Assembly (NCBI RefSeq): GCF_964355755.1
Contig: NC_092673.1
Coordinates: forward strand, 9,610,001-9,674,000
Direction: 5' to 3'
Source of the DNA: Antedon mediterranea
Lineage: Eukaryota; Animalia; Echinodermata
DNA length: 64,000 nt
Shown here piece after piece: positions 1 through 11,679 of the stretch. Under the pieces are notes generated by a model. That model was not told where the DNA came from. It saw only the letters and a program-made list of their open reading frames with translations, and did no database searches. How positions within the stretch are numbered: the stretch's first letter is position 1; every line of letters begins with the position of its first letter. Made by a program: the position numbers and the translations under genes.

Positions 1-482
1 GTGCCAAATGCAGTGGTTTTGGAGGAGATATGTAAAATACGTGAAAAATTTAGTAGCATTAATATATGGATTGACCTGAACGTTGGTGAATTTCTATTTT
101 TTTGTATTTCACGACATGGATATCACAACGAAAATCAACTTTGGATCAATGAATTGATGAAGGGGTTGTCTTAAGGGGGGTAGTTGTCCAGGGGTGATAT
201 TACACCTGAAAATATCTATAAAATGCTTTATTGTATTCTGTATTGTAGAGTATAGCCATCTCACCACAAAAATATACTTTATATTTAATTTTTTTAATGA
301 GAAATATAACGTACCATAAAAATAAATGATTAAAAACAAAATATTTTATTAGATGTTTAATACTAATTAAACTGATGGATTGTGGTAATGAATTGCTTAT
401 ACTGTTAAAAATATAAAGAAAGTAGAATCCAAAATGTGAATGCTTCCCTCTATACATGTTTTTTTTATTCGCTATCTAGTTT
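1..482 (+). mobile_element. Probable 3' part of a Helentron/HINE-like repeat
   Basis: Ends in ...atctagttt like the other HINEs in the window. The 5' end is outside the window and the hairpin is degenerate. Confidence 0.3.
464..469 (-). promoter_or_regulatory. Candidate IMP3 poly(A) signal AATAAA
   Basis: First AATAAA on the minus strand after the stop codon, about 73 nt downstream. Confidence 0.35.
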
Positions 483-541
483 CTTTTGATTTGAACATGT
501 TCTTGGTTGTGCAACAGAAAAAACTTAATCCAACAGCATTA

Positions 542-568
542 TCATGACATCATATCAAAGTCATCCAT
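542..568 (-). CDS. IMP3: IMP3 terminal coding exon (MDDFDMMS*)
   Basis: Strong acceptor tttctttttatttttcag in phase 0. MDDFDMMS-stop aligns to the human C-terminus RDDFDLEA-stop. Confidence 0.88.
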   Translation of the reverse strand: MDDFDMMS

Positions 569-1526
569 CTGAAAAATAAAAAGAAATACATGTCATTGAT
601 GAAAAAACAAATTTTTATATTTATCCTTTAATAAAATAGTTAGTTATTACTTGTATGGACACTTAACCAAAAGTGTGTGCCATTGATTCTAAAATTAATG
701 CCAATAAAACACTTAATAAATACAGAACAGAAACTGAAATACTTTCTGTTTTGATCTCTCTGTTTTGATCTCTCTGTTTCTTTATTTTGTTCTATTTGGT
801 AGAATTCAAACAATTAGAAAAAAAGTAATACTACAAGTAATCATTCCATTAAGAATAGCCAGTTAATTACCAATATAAACAGCCTTGGGTTACAATCATT
901 TAATTGCATGTGCCAGATTAATTTTTTTAGTACAATGCTTGTTTTATTTATTTATTTAATTAATATTCAGTATATCACTGGGCAGTTTAAAGTTTCTTCT
1001 AATGCCTGTAAATGTATATATGATGATATATTAAAGTCACATTGATTGAATTGGACAAACCATATTATACAAACCAAGCTGTGACATAAGGACATAAGAG
1101 GCCTTAATTAAAAGGTGACCTGCATATGTCGAGGAAAAGTTAAGGATGTAATACAACAACAATCGATAATGATTTGGAAGAAGGGCTTGCCAACTATGAA
1201 GGAATGATAAATGAGGTAAGAGTTAAAGCTCCAACAACAAAGATTGTGCTTTCTACATTGTGCCCAAGAACTGACAGTGAAACCACTTATTTAGAGACAC
1301 AAAGCTTACCAGTACAAGAAAAGAACACACCTAAAAGAAAACGAAATAGACAAGGTGGTAAGAACAAATTTCAAAATAATATACAAAAGGATAAAGTTAA
1401 ATTAGCTTTCAACAATGTTAATCACTTAACAAAAGCTAAAATAAAGGAAATAGATGAAATAAAAGCTGCAATCTTAGAGAGAAGAAAAGCTGCAAGAAAA
1501 CATAGATACAGAACAAAGACAACATA

Positions 1527-4500
1527 CTCTAGTAGCTAGATCAACTTTCGTATGCACTTTGAGGTCCAGAGAATTTGACTTCAGAAATTGGTTTAGGGTG
1601 GTCAAACAATCATTTTTGGCTTGGTTACACATTTTGAAAATGTGGCGAAAGGTCAAAAGGTCAGGGTGAAAGGTCATAAGACCAAACACCAATATGTCCT
1701 TAAATCTCAACAACTACTTGTCACAGCGAAGTAATTTTGGTCTCAAATTGATCAGAAGGTATACATTTATATTCAGTCTAATGGGACATTTTAGTCAAAA
1801 ATGACCGGAAATGCCATTTCTGACCTTTGACCCACACCTCAGGGTATGTATGTATCTCCGTAACTACTGATTGTAGACACTTAAATTTGGTCTTAAATTG
1901 TTTGAAATAAATATTTATTATTTGTAGCACATTTTTAAAAATGTTACAAAAGGTCAAAGGGTCAAGGTCAGAGGTTATATGAACAAATAAAAATAGATAC
2001 TTGTATATCGGCAACCACTCGTCGCAGCAAGTCAATTTTAGTCTCAAAATGTTCAGAAGGCATGCTTTCATATTCAATCTAATGGGACATTTTAGTCAAA
2101 AATTATCAGAAATGCCATTTCTGACCTTTGACCCACATATCATGGCATCTTCATATCTCTGTAAGTACTGGTCGTAGAAACTTAAATTTGGTATCAAATT
2201 GTTCGAAATATACATATTTACATTCATTTTAATAGAAAATGTGGTTAAAAGATGAACAGAAATACTATTACTAATGTTTCAAACAAAAAACATATCTCTA
2301 CATAACTTATCCTTAGACAGTAATGTTATGCAATAACTGATACTTAAATTGTTTCAATTTCAAGTACTAGTTATTGCTGACCCCAAGAACATTGATAGAA
2401 ACGTCAAGCTCAACAGTTCTTTTCAGAATGCTAGAAGTAACTTGCCATGTGTATCCGATTAAACTCCCCGGGCATTTATTGTTCAAAGGGGTTTTTAGGG
2501 GCAGGGGAGGCATCTTTATTTGTGGTATAATATGGTAATATGTATAATCAAATAAATACCACCTAGATGTAAAAAAAAAATACAGCACAATTAATATCAA
2601 AAAGTGAAAAAAATGCTTGGTAAATTGTAGATTATGGTAGTTAATGTAATGTGTTGTGATACAATTATTGTGTAAATGCATGTGGCGGGCGTATTCCACA
2701 TGGTGTTCTATTAGAGGGAATGGTGGCGTTTATTTGAGAGAGGCTTTTATTCAAAGCGGTGTTAATTCGAATAAATATTCTAATTTCAATAATTATAATT
2801 CGTTTCTCAACTGATAAAAGGTACTTTACATGATTCGTTGTTTTCTTTATGCTTTTTAACGAAATGTTTCTGTCTTTTAGAATAAAAGTGACACTGTCAT
2901 AGATAACATTAAATGGATCTTCTCTTCCAGGTGCCAGTATAATGATATAAAACAATGACACATCATTATCCTGACACAATTGCACTCATAATGGATCTTC
3001 ATTCTATCATCTGTTTGTTTGTGACTACAATTTGACAACAATCTGTACAGTGTTGTAGTATGATTTTATCATGATAACTTCTGATGCTTTTATTATCAAT
3101 GAATTCAGTACCTAAAACATGTCAAAGTTTCTAGTGGTATTGATAATAAATCTCCAGAAACATATATTGTTTTATTATCTACACTGGGAACAGACGTGTA
3201 TAATATACACCGACAAAACTTATACATATTATAAGTTTTGTCGGTAACATTCAAAAATATTATGCAACAGTGTTACGGAATAATGACAATGAATTGGTCT
3301 ATTATAGTTGTCTGTGATACCTTTTATTACATGATTGTACTTGCAACAGGATAGAATGAGGTTTAATCCAGTTATTATTCTTATTATATTAATTTTTTTT
3401 TTTTTTATCTGGGGTGTATTTATTTGATTATACATGTTACCATTATTACACCCAAACAAAGTAAACGCCTTCCCTGAATAACTAAATGCCCGGACCTTTT
3501 ATTCGGGTAACTATAGTAAGTTACTTCTAGCATTCTTAACTGTTGAGCTCGAGTATTTATTCGAATTAACACCCGCTTTGAATAAAAGCCTCCATTCCCT
3601 CCAATAGAACATCATGTGGAATAAACGCTCCGCCACATGCATTTACAAAATAATTGTATCACAACACATTTCATTAATTACCATAATCTACAATTTACCA
3701 AGCATTTTGACATAATGTTATCATTTTTTTATATTAATTGTGCTGTATTTTTTTACATCTAGGTGGTATTTATTTGATTATACATGTTACCATATTATAC
3801 CCCAAATAAAGATGCCTCTCCTCCCCCTAAAAACCCTTTTGAACAATAAATGCCCGGGGCGTTTAATCGGATACACATGGCAAGTTACTTCTAGCATTCT
3901 GAAAAGAACTGTTGAGCTTGACGTTTATATCAAAATGTTCTCGTGGACAGCAATAACTAGTAGGCCTACTTGAAATTGAAACAATTTAAAGTATCATATT
4001 GTGAAAAGTTGTGTAGAGATATGTTTTTTGTTTGAAACATTAGTAATAGTATTTTCTGTTCATCTTTTAACCACATTTTCTATTACAATGAATGTAAATA
4101 TGTATATTTCAAACAATTTGATACCAAATTTAAGTTTCTACGACCAGTACTTACAGAGATATGAAGATGCCCTGGTATGTGGGTCAAAGGTCAGAAATGG
4201 CATTTCTGATCATTTTTTACTAAAATGCCCCATTAGACGGAATATGAATGCATGCATTCTGAACATTTTGAGACCAAAATTGACTTGCTGCGACCAGTGG
4301 TTGCCGAGATACAAGTACCTTTATTTATTTGTTTATATAACCCTTGACCCTGACCCTTTGACGTTTTGTAACATTTTTCAAAATGTTTTTCATATAACAA
4401 AATATATATTTCGAACAATTTAAAACCAAATTCAAGTGTCTACGACCAGTAGTTACGGAGATAAATATATGCCCTGGGTTGTGGGTCAAAGGTCAGAAAT

Positions 4501-4789
4501 GGCATTTTCGGTCATTTTAAACTAAAATGTCCCATTAGATTGAATATAAATGTATACCTTCTGATCAATTTGAGACCAAAATTACTTCGCTGTGACCAGT
4601 GGTTGTTCAGATTTAAGGACATATTGGTGTTTGGTCTTATGACCTTTCACCCTGACCTTTTGACCTTTCGCCACATTTTCAAAATGTGTAACCAAGCCAA
4701 AAATGATTGTTTGACCACCCTAAACCAATTTCTGAAGTCAAATTCTCTGGACCTCAAAGTGCATACGAAAGTTGATCTAGCTACTAGAG
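1527..4789. mobile_element. Foldback-type non-autonomous DNA element with ~1.2-kb inverted arms and a TA target duplication
   Basis: TA|ctctagtagctagatcaactttcg ... cgaaagttgatctagctactagag|TA. Arms at about 1527-2780 and 3553-4789, each with ~300-bp internal subrepeats. Mirror ORFs appear in the ORF track. The LINE is continuous once the element is removed. Confidence 0.9.
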
Positions 4790-5093
4790 TAACAGTGAAA
4801 AGTTATGGCAAAAGTACCAAGAAAAAAGAATCTAGTAAAAAATTTAATTGCTAGGAAGATTACAGAAAGTAGAGTCAATAAATCAGTTGATATTGCAAAT
4901 AAAGGGGGACCATCCTGCAGGGACTTTTGGGATATCCTAAAAATCAGGTATCACTTGTATTAAATTATTACAGTCAAAAGTCAGTTTTGGACAATGCTAA
5001 AAATAGTGGGAAAATCATAGATAAAGATTGCTTTGCCTATCTAGTAAACAGAGTAAATGAAATGTACAATAGTTCTTACAATACTGACAATAA

Positions 5094-6402
5094 TCTATAT
5101 ATAAATTTACGTAAGGACAAAATTCGGTAAATCGCGCCTTACTTCTAGAATTTTTACTCGATGGTATGTAAAGTTGGTTCGTACTTTCGGTACTGATTTT
5201 AACCACCTGATGTAACCCTGTTTACTAATTAAATTAAGTTAGATAATTAGTTATTGACGATTAAAACGAATTTAGGTTCAACGATTTGCCCCAAATAGGG
5301 GTGTTTTCAGATCGTGGTATACACTGTTTAATGGATGTCCGTCTTGAAAAAATACCCGCCACAAAAATGCGAGGAGGCTTCGCATTTTCCTATCTCCTAC
5401 GATAATTGTTTTTAATAGCTGAAAACCGGTTGAACAGCTAGAGTACAGCATCATAATGTTGAAGACAGGCCGATTTTCTTAAAAAAATACTATTTTGATA
5501 TATTTAATATACGATTATACAAATGTATTGATTTGCGATGAATGGAACATCCCAATCTCTCAGTCTGCCAAAGTTTGGTTTAACACAAGTAGGTAAATTG
5601 ATGAGTCCTTGGTTTAACACATACGGTAGGTAAATATATGGGCCCTTTGAGAATAAACTTGCAATACTTTGACAATACTGTACTGTAAATACCTATAAAC
5701 TATTTTCGGTCCTCATTTGAATCGAACATTTCTTACTGTGAATGTTCGTACTGTTAGATGATACAAATAAACTTTATTACTGAGATTGTGGATAGGCTCT
5801 ACTGTTAGATATATAAACACATTATTATATACAAATAAACTTTATACTGACAGTTCCTTCTCAACGTTTGTATTAATTAATAATTACCAATAATATAAAC
5901 GTTGTAGTGGTGTATCGTGACATGTACTTTAATATTTCAATCGATTATGACAGTGACAGTTTTAACAAGTATTAAATCGCAAATGTTTTACTGTATTTAG
6001 AGGTATATTATTTATAGGCCTATAAAACATGAACAAAATATTTCGTTACTGAGTGGATAAAGAATATATTTAAAAATTGTTCTTCTTTGTACCTATCCGC
6101 TTTCCCATCCCTCAACCATAATGTTACATACAAAACACAAATTGGGTTTCTTTAAATGAGTCCAAATCAAAAATTTGGACTCATTTGTGATAAGTTTCTC
6201 CTTCGGAAGTAATTCCCAGGGTGCTAATTTTAGCTGACTACATAAATCATCGTGTCTATTTATTCGTTTCTGTAAATGACAATGTATTATAGTCCTGCGG
6301 TACGTACATTTGAAATCGCCAGTTTTGTTACGCTGAAATGACTGTATTCGAGACCCATCTGTGGGCACGACCTAGATGGTACGAAGCGAGCGTGCCATCT
6401 AG
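5094..6402 (+). mobile_element. Non-autonomous Helitron
   Basis: A|TCTATATATAAA ... CTAG|T with 3' hairpin ctagatggtacg-aagcgag-cgtgccatctag and no TSD. It interrupts the LINE, and a related copy starts at 19150. Confidence 0.8.
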
Positions 6403-6812
6403 TATTAATAATGATCATCATTCTTTATATAAGAATAGTTCTACAGATAATACATGAAGCACTGTTCGTTGCAAAATATAATAAAGCCCCAGGAGTTGAC
6501 AATATTACGAATGAACTTCTAAAAATGGTGGTAATGCAATTGAAATATATCTAAACTAATGTAAAGTATTTAACAAATTATTACTAATTGAAAAGATCCC
6601 GAGTGAATGGAACTTGAGTATAATTGTTCCAATCTTTAAAAAAGGCAATAAAACAGATTTCAACAACTGTAGAGGTATTTCACTAACTTCATGTATATCA
6701 AAAATATTTAACAGGGTTATTTCTATGAATATTTCTAATTTCATTGAAAAGGAAGATCCGCTTTCAGAAGTCCATGGAGGCTTCAGAACTGAACATAGAT
6801 GTGAAGATCATA

Positions 6813-7511
6813 TGCCTGGCATTTTGTTTTGTTTATTCTGTTTAATTATTTATTTATTTTCCTCTAAAATCCGGTTCCGGATTGTCCACAGTGACTGCAG
6901 TAGTAGTAACAGATAATAAGATTGTTGTTATTTAATGACATAAGTTAGCATAAGAGGCTCCGTGCATTAAAGCAGACCTTACTTTTTAACTAGGTCATTC
7001 GATCCGAGGTCGATTATCAAAAATCTGGCTTGAATGTTGCCACTTGATTTACAAAATGAGTTAGGTCGTTTATCTTTAGGCCGGGCACCCCCCAAAGAAC
7101 AGTATTATCATAGTGATGACTGATTCGGAAGTCAGGCAAAGGTCGATGTGAACCGAGTATGGAGTCGGACGAATTACCCAAGCCGTGTGATGGAAAGCGA
7201 GGCTTTCGCTCAAACCGGAAACGAATGAGTTGAGCCTAGGACACAACCAGACAACATAATTACAGAAAAGTACGAAAAATCGAACAGAATGGGGGTAAGA
7301 TAAGGTGTTAGATAAATTCCAGTCAAAGTATATTGTGTGAGTTCACACAGCCTATAAGTGTATGAGGATAAAATAAACTGGTAAATGTAAAAGTGAAAAT
7401 TATTTTACTTAGCCAAAAACTGGCGTGGTAATCTGTTGACAGCGTGAGGTGAAGAGGATGAGATGCTCACGCTGTCAAAAGATGATTGCGAGAGCGCCCC
7501 GCAATCACGTG
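6813..7511. mobile_element. Unclassified ~0.7-kb insertion inside the LINE RT
   Basis: The RT reads ...CEDH before it and IFTLKSIL after it. It has no TIRs and two GC-rich hairpins near 7436-7507. Confidence 0.55.
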
Positions 7512-8016
7512 ATTTTTACCCTTAAAAGTATTTTGACATGTAGATCCTGGACTTCCGAAAAGCTTTTGACAGTGTGTGGCATGAAGGCATATTAAAATCA
7601 GCATGGGATGCAGGGAGAAGGGGAAAGGTTTGGCGAATCATCAAATGCTAATATATAGTAATGTCAAAGCAAAGGGGGAAATGATCTTACAGATCAATTC
7701 AATGTAAATAAGGGTGTTAAACAGGGTTGCGTTTTATCCCCAATAATATTTTGTATCTTTATAAATGAATTTGTTGAAATGCTTCGTAACAATGATTTTG
7801 GAGTTAGAATGAATGGTTCATGGATGGGTGGCCTCTTTTGGGCCGATTATGTTGGTTTGCTAGATAATAATGAATTTGAAATGTTAAAAATGCTAGATAT
7901 TGCAGGGAAATATGCAATGGAGTGGAAGTTAAGCTTCAATTATGAAAAATCTAATGCTAGAGAGTTGATTTTTTCAAAGCCTTATTCAGAATGTACATAT
8001 TTATATTCGCTCTAAT

Positions 8017-8360
8017 GATACAGCTTAACACCATTGAAACACCGGTTCTCGTCAGATCACCAAAGTTAATGAGCGACGTTGGGCCTGGTTAGAGTTTGGA
8101 TGGGAGACCATCTGGGAATATCGGGTGCTGTATATGGAGCTGGGGTCCCGTTAGGCATTTGAAATCAGCATTGCTGACTCTTATGGCAGCCCCTGCATCT
8201 AGTATCTGCCTTTCTTCTGGTGAAGGTGGGCACTGGACGAGAGAAGCCATTGATTAATGTTAGGACCAATCAAGGTGCTTTAAACAGTCCTGGCTTTGTT
8301 TGTATCAAACCTGTTAGTGGCGGTAATTATCGGTGTTGGTTTCGATTGAATAAAAAAAAA
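8017..8360 (+). mobile_element. 5S rRNA-derived SINE (SINE3-type)
   Basis: Positions 8017-8133 resemble 5S rRNA (tctcgtcagatcacc...gggcctggttagagtttggatgggagaccatctgggaatatcgggtgctgta). A ~220-nt body and an A-tail follow. It is inserted into another repeat. Confidence 0.85.
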
Positions 8361-10001
8361 GTTTTACGCAAAAATTTTCGGAATTATGACATTTGACCCT
8401 CGACACTATTTCTCAATATTGTCATATTTCTCAATATTTTCATTGTTTTGGCCTCAAATGACTCGGATACAGGTTTTCTAAAGCCAGCATAGAACTGTTT
8501 AGTAATTTTCAAAGTCACACCTACCTTTGTTACTTCCCTCGAAAGTATGCAAATTTGTAGTACAAGAGGTGAAAGTTGTCATATCTATATCGGTCATTAG
8601 AGATACATAAGGCAATTCACTGTAATTTGCATATTTCATATAACTTATTGTACTACTAATTTGCATACTTTCGAGGTGCTTGACTTTTGGAATTACTACG
8701 GTCCTATACTGGCTATATAAAACCTGTATCCAAGTCATTTGAGGCCAAAACAAAGTCTGAACATACATTTTAGTTGCATTATATGCAAATATTGAGAAAT
8801 AGGGTCGAGGGTCAAATGTCATAATTTTTTCGTAAAATGTTTTATTAGAGCAAATAAAAATATGCACATTCTGAATAAGGCTTTGAAAAAATCAACTCTC
8901 TAGCATTAATGGTTTTCAAAATATGGGAAGACTGTAATTTCACCCCTTTATTTGCATATTTATTGTAATTTGTACTTCTAATTAGCATAATTTCGAGTTG
9001 CATGACGAAGGCATGATTTGGGGAATTACAAAGCGGTCCTATGTCGACTATAGGAAACCTGTATCCAAGTTAAATTTGAGTCCAAAACAAAGTCTCTACA
9101 GACATTTTAGTCGCATTATGTATGCAAACATTGATAAATGGGGTCAATTGTTTTATTTCTGGTCATTTTTTCGTAAAATGTTTAATTAGAGCAAATATAA
9201 ATATGTACATTCTGAACAAGTTTTGGAAAAAATTAACTCTCTGGACATAGTGGTTTTCGATATATAGGAACCTGTAAGTCCAACCCCTAATTTGCATATT
9301 TCATGTAACTTGTACTAATAATTTGCATACTTTGAAGGTGAATGATACAGGTGTGATTTTGAGATTTACTAAACACTTTACTAACACTAAACAGTCCTAT
9401 GTTGGCTATTAGAAACCTGTATCCGAGTCATTTGAGGGCAAAATAAAGTTTCGACATACATTTTAGTTTCATTATAATATGCAATATTGAGAAATGGGGT
9501 CGAGGGTCGAATGTCATACGTCCGGTCAGTTTTTTGTAAAATGTTTCATTGGAGCAAATAGAAATATGTACATTCTGAATATGGCTGTTGAGTGCGTATA
9601 TATAGGCTATTACTTGTTACTTGTCTGTATAGCTATCCCCATTATTGGGGACATTTAGCCGTCATTGACATTGTGTTGACATAGCACAACAATGAGAGAC
9701 ATTAATTTTGATGAGAAGGTCATGGAACACTAATTAATTTAAAACTAAAAACCTGGGACCTGTAACCCTAGGTAGGGACCCTGACGGGTACTCTCCCTCC
9801 GCGTCAAAGGGATCCCGAAACTCATCGGTGGGCAGGGGCGCTCATCTCCCTGTTCAGGATTATTGCTGATGATTACTCAGAAATAAAAACTTTGCAAAAA
9901 TACAATATAAATCATACTAAGAGTATTCCATGACATTTTAGGATCTCATAATAACAAAATTTGTCGCTCATATACATGCCAAACTTGTTGAAAATTGATT
10001 A

Positions 10002-11679
10002 TTAGTTATCCGCTTGGTATACCAAGCGGATAACTCCTTGTGATTGTATGAGATCAACAGTTTTTTTCTGTATTATTAGTTATCCGCATTCAGCGGATAA
10101 CTCCTTGTAACTGTCCTGTTTCATCATCTTTTTTTTTTTCTGTATTCTTCTTTCTTTCTGTCATTTTTGTGTCTCGCGTAACTCAAAAACGTGTAAACAT
10201 AACATTTCATAACTTTGTCAACATGTGGGCATTTACGTGAAATTGTGCACCTCCTATTTTGAATGACCTCAGAGTTGCGCAACATGACTTACGCGCGTTT
10301 TTACGAATTTCGCGTATTTAACATAGATCGAAAACCATATAACAATTTATTATGAAACTTAACAAAAGTTTAAGTTATATCTTGCGCTAACTGACTATGG
10401 GGAAAAAATGGCATGTTTCACACGAAGTTACGCGTGCACGTGCGTTTAAAATTTCAAAATGCGAAAAATCAATTTCTAATCAACTTTCTACGCATTTCAT
10501 GTCATTTTGAGCATGTAAAAAATTCCCACGCGCGCGCATTTTTTTACGCGCATGGTGCGAACGTAGTGTTGAAAACAATTTTTTTTGCATGATTTATGTT
10601 TTTTCAGCCTTTTCTAGTAATTTTACCAACTTTTAAACAATTTCGACTTAAAATTACGTCATACGGGCACGTTGAATTGGATAATTTACGTGCGTTTTTG
10701 ATGAAAAAGTAAAAAAATTTGTCAAAATTCGTCAAAATTATGCCTTTTTTAAACAGTCATAGATTCTAAACAACGAGGTGAACTTTTTTTAAATTACATA
10801 TTCTGGAAGTTGATGAGTTGTAGATATCGGATCATGAATCAATATGGCTAACCGGACATTGTGACATCATCGTATGGCCACACGAATGTAAAATATAGGA
10901 TTTTTGTCTCTTTTGTTATTGCTCATCATATTCAATGGAGCGCATCACACCTATCTGTATTCCGTTTTCTCCGAGATTTTAATATTGTCTAGGTCAATCA
11001 CCAATCTTACGCATGAGTTAAAAATATTTTAATTTTTATGACGTCATCATGCCTAAAAATTATAATTAACAGGGTCATTAATTTCATTCTTACAGTAAAT
11101 TTTAATCTGTTATAGCTTGTAACAACAAAAAGTGATAATTATGATTAAAACGTTTTCTGGAAGCTATTGGACTGTAGATACGAATTAATGTGAACATTTT
11201 GCCAATCGGATGTTGTGAAGTCATCATATGGCCAGTTGAATAAAAAAAGTCGTATTTTCATATTTTGCGTCATAATTCATCACATTTAAACGAGCACGCA
11301 TCCATATTCTACGTATTCAAATTTCTTCTACACGTTAATATGTTGTTGGTGAGATAATGTCCTTCCGAAATTGCTATCTTAGTGTTTAATTTGAATACCG
11401 TCGCCATGTTAAAAATTGGAATAAACGGTGGGTCGCGTAATTTCACCTATTCTACACTGTATGTAATATGTATACAGATTATATTGTAGTGTTTGCATGT
11501 ATATACTATATGACACAAAATTGACAGAATTCAGCACTAACAGCATATCATATTCTTCAGTTCTTGTCATAATGCCATAATCTTTATCTGTGTGCAATAT
11601 TCCAACGTATGACGTGCACGTGGCGTTTGTCGTGGTGCGGATAACTAACTCGTCAAAGTGACGAGTTTCATGTCTAGTT
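10002..11679 (+). mobile_element. Helentron-associated HINE (DINE-1-like), family A, with two stacked 5' ends (10002 and 10076)
   Basis: 5' palindromic subTIR ttagttatccgc-N-gcggataact; 3' subTIR gcggataactaa plus hairpin aactcgtc-aaagt-gacgagtt and ctagtt. T-rich flanks, no TSD. Confidence 0.85.

Larger units (their letters stand above)
1140..7955 (+). mobile_element. Decayed non-LTR retrotransposon (RTEX-like/CR1-L2 group) split by three insertions; pieces at about 1140-1526, 4792-5093, 6403-6812 and 7512-7955
   Basis: SGNH-esterase-like ORF1 remnant (KAPTTKIVLSTLCPRTD), APE start (KLAFNNVNHL), linker (KGGPSCRDFWDILK) and RT motifs KAPGVDNITNELL, IVPIFKKGNKTDFNNCRGISLTS, GFRTEHRCEDH/IFTL, LDFRKAFDSVWH, GVKQGCVLSP and LFWAD. 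Confidence 0.85.

Noticed and set aside
1474-4854. Paired 80-140-aa ORFs on opposite strands
   Set aside because: They are mirror artefacts of the foldback arms, with no recognisable domains.
8017-8133. Functional 5S rRNA gene
   Set aside because: It has substitutions and insertions relative to 5S, no T-run terminator after the head, and continues into a SINE body and A-tail.
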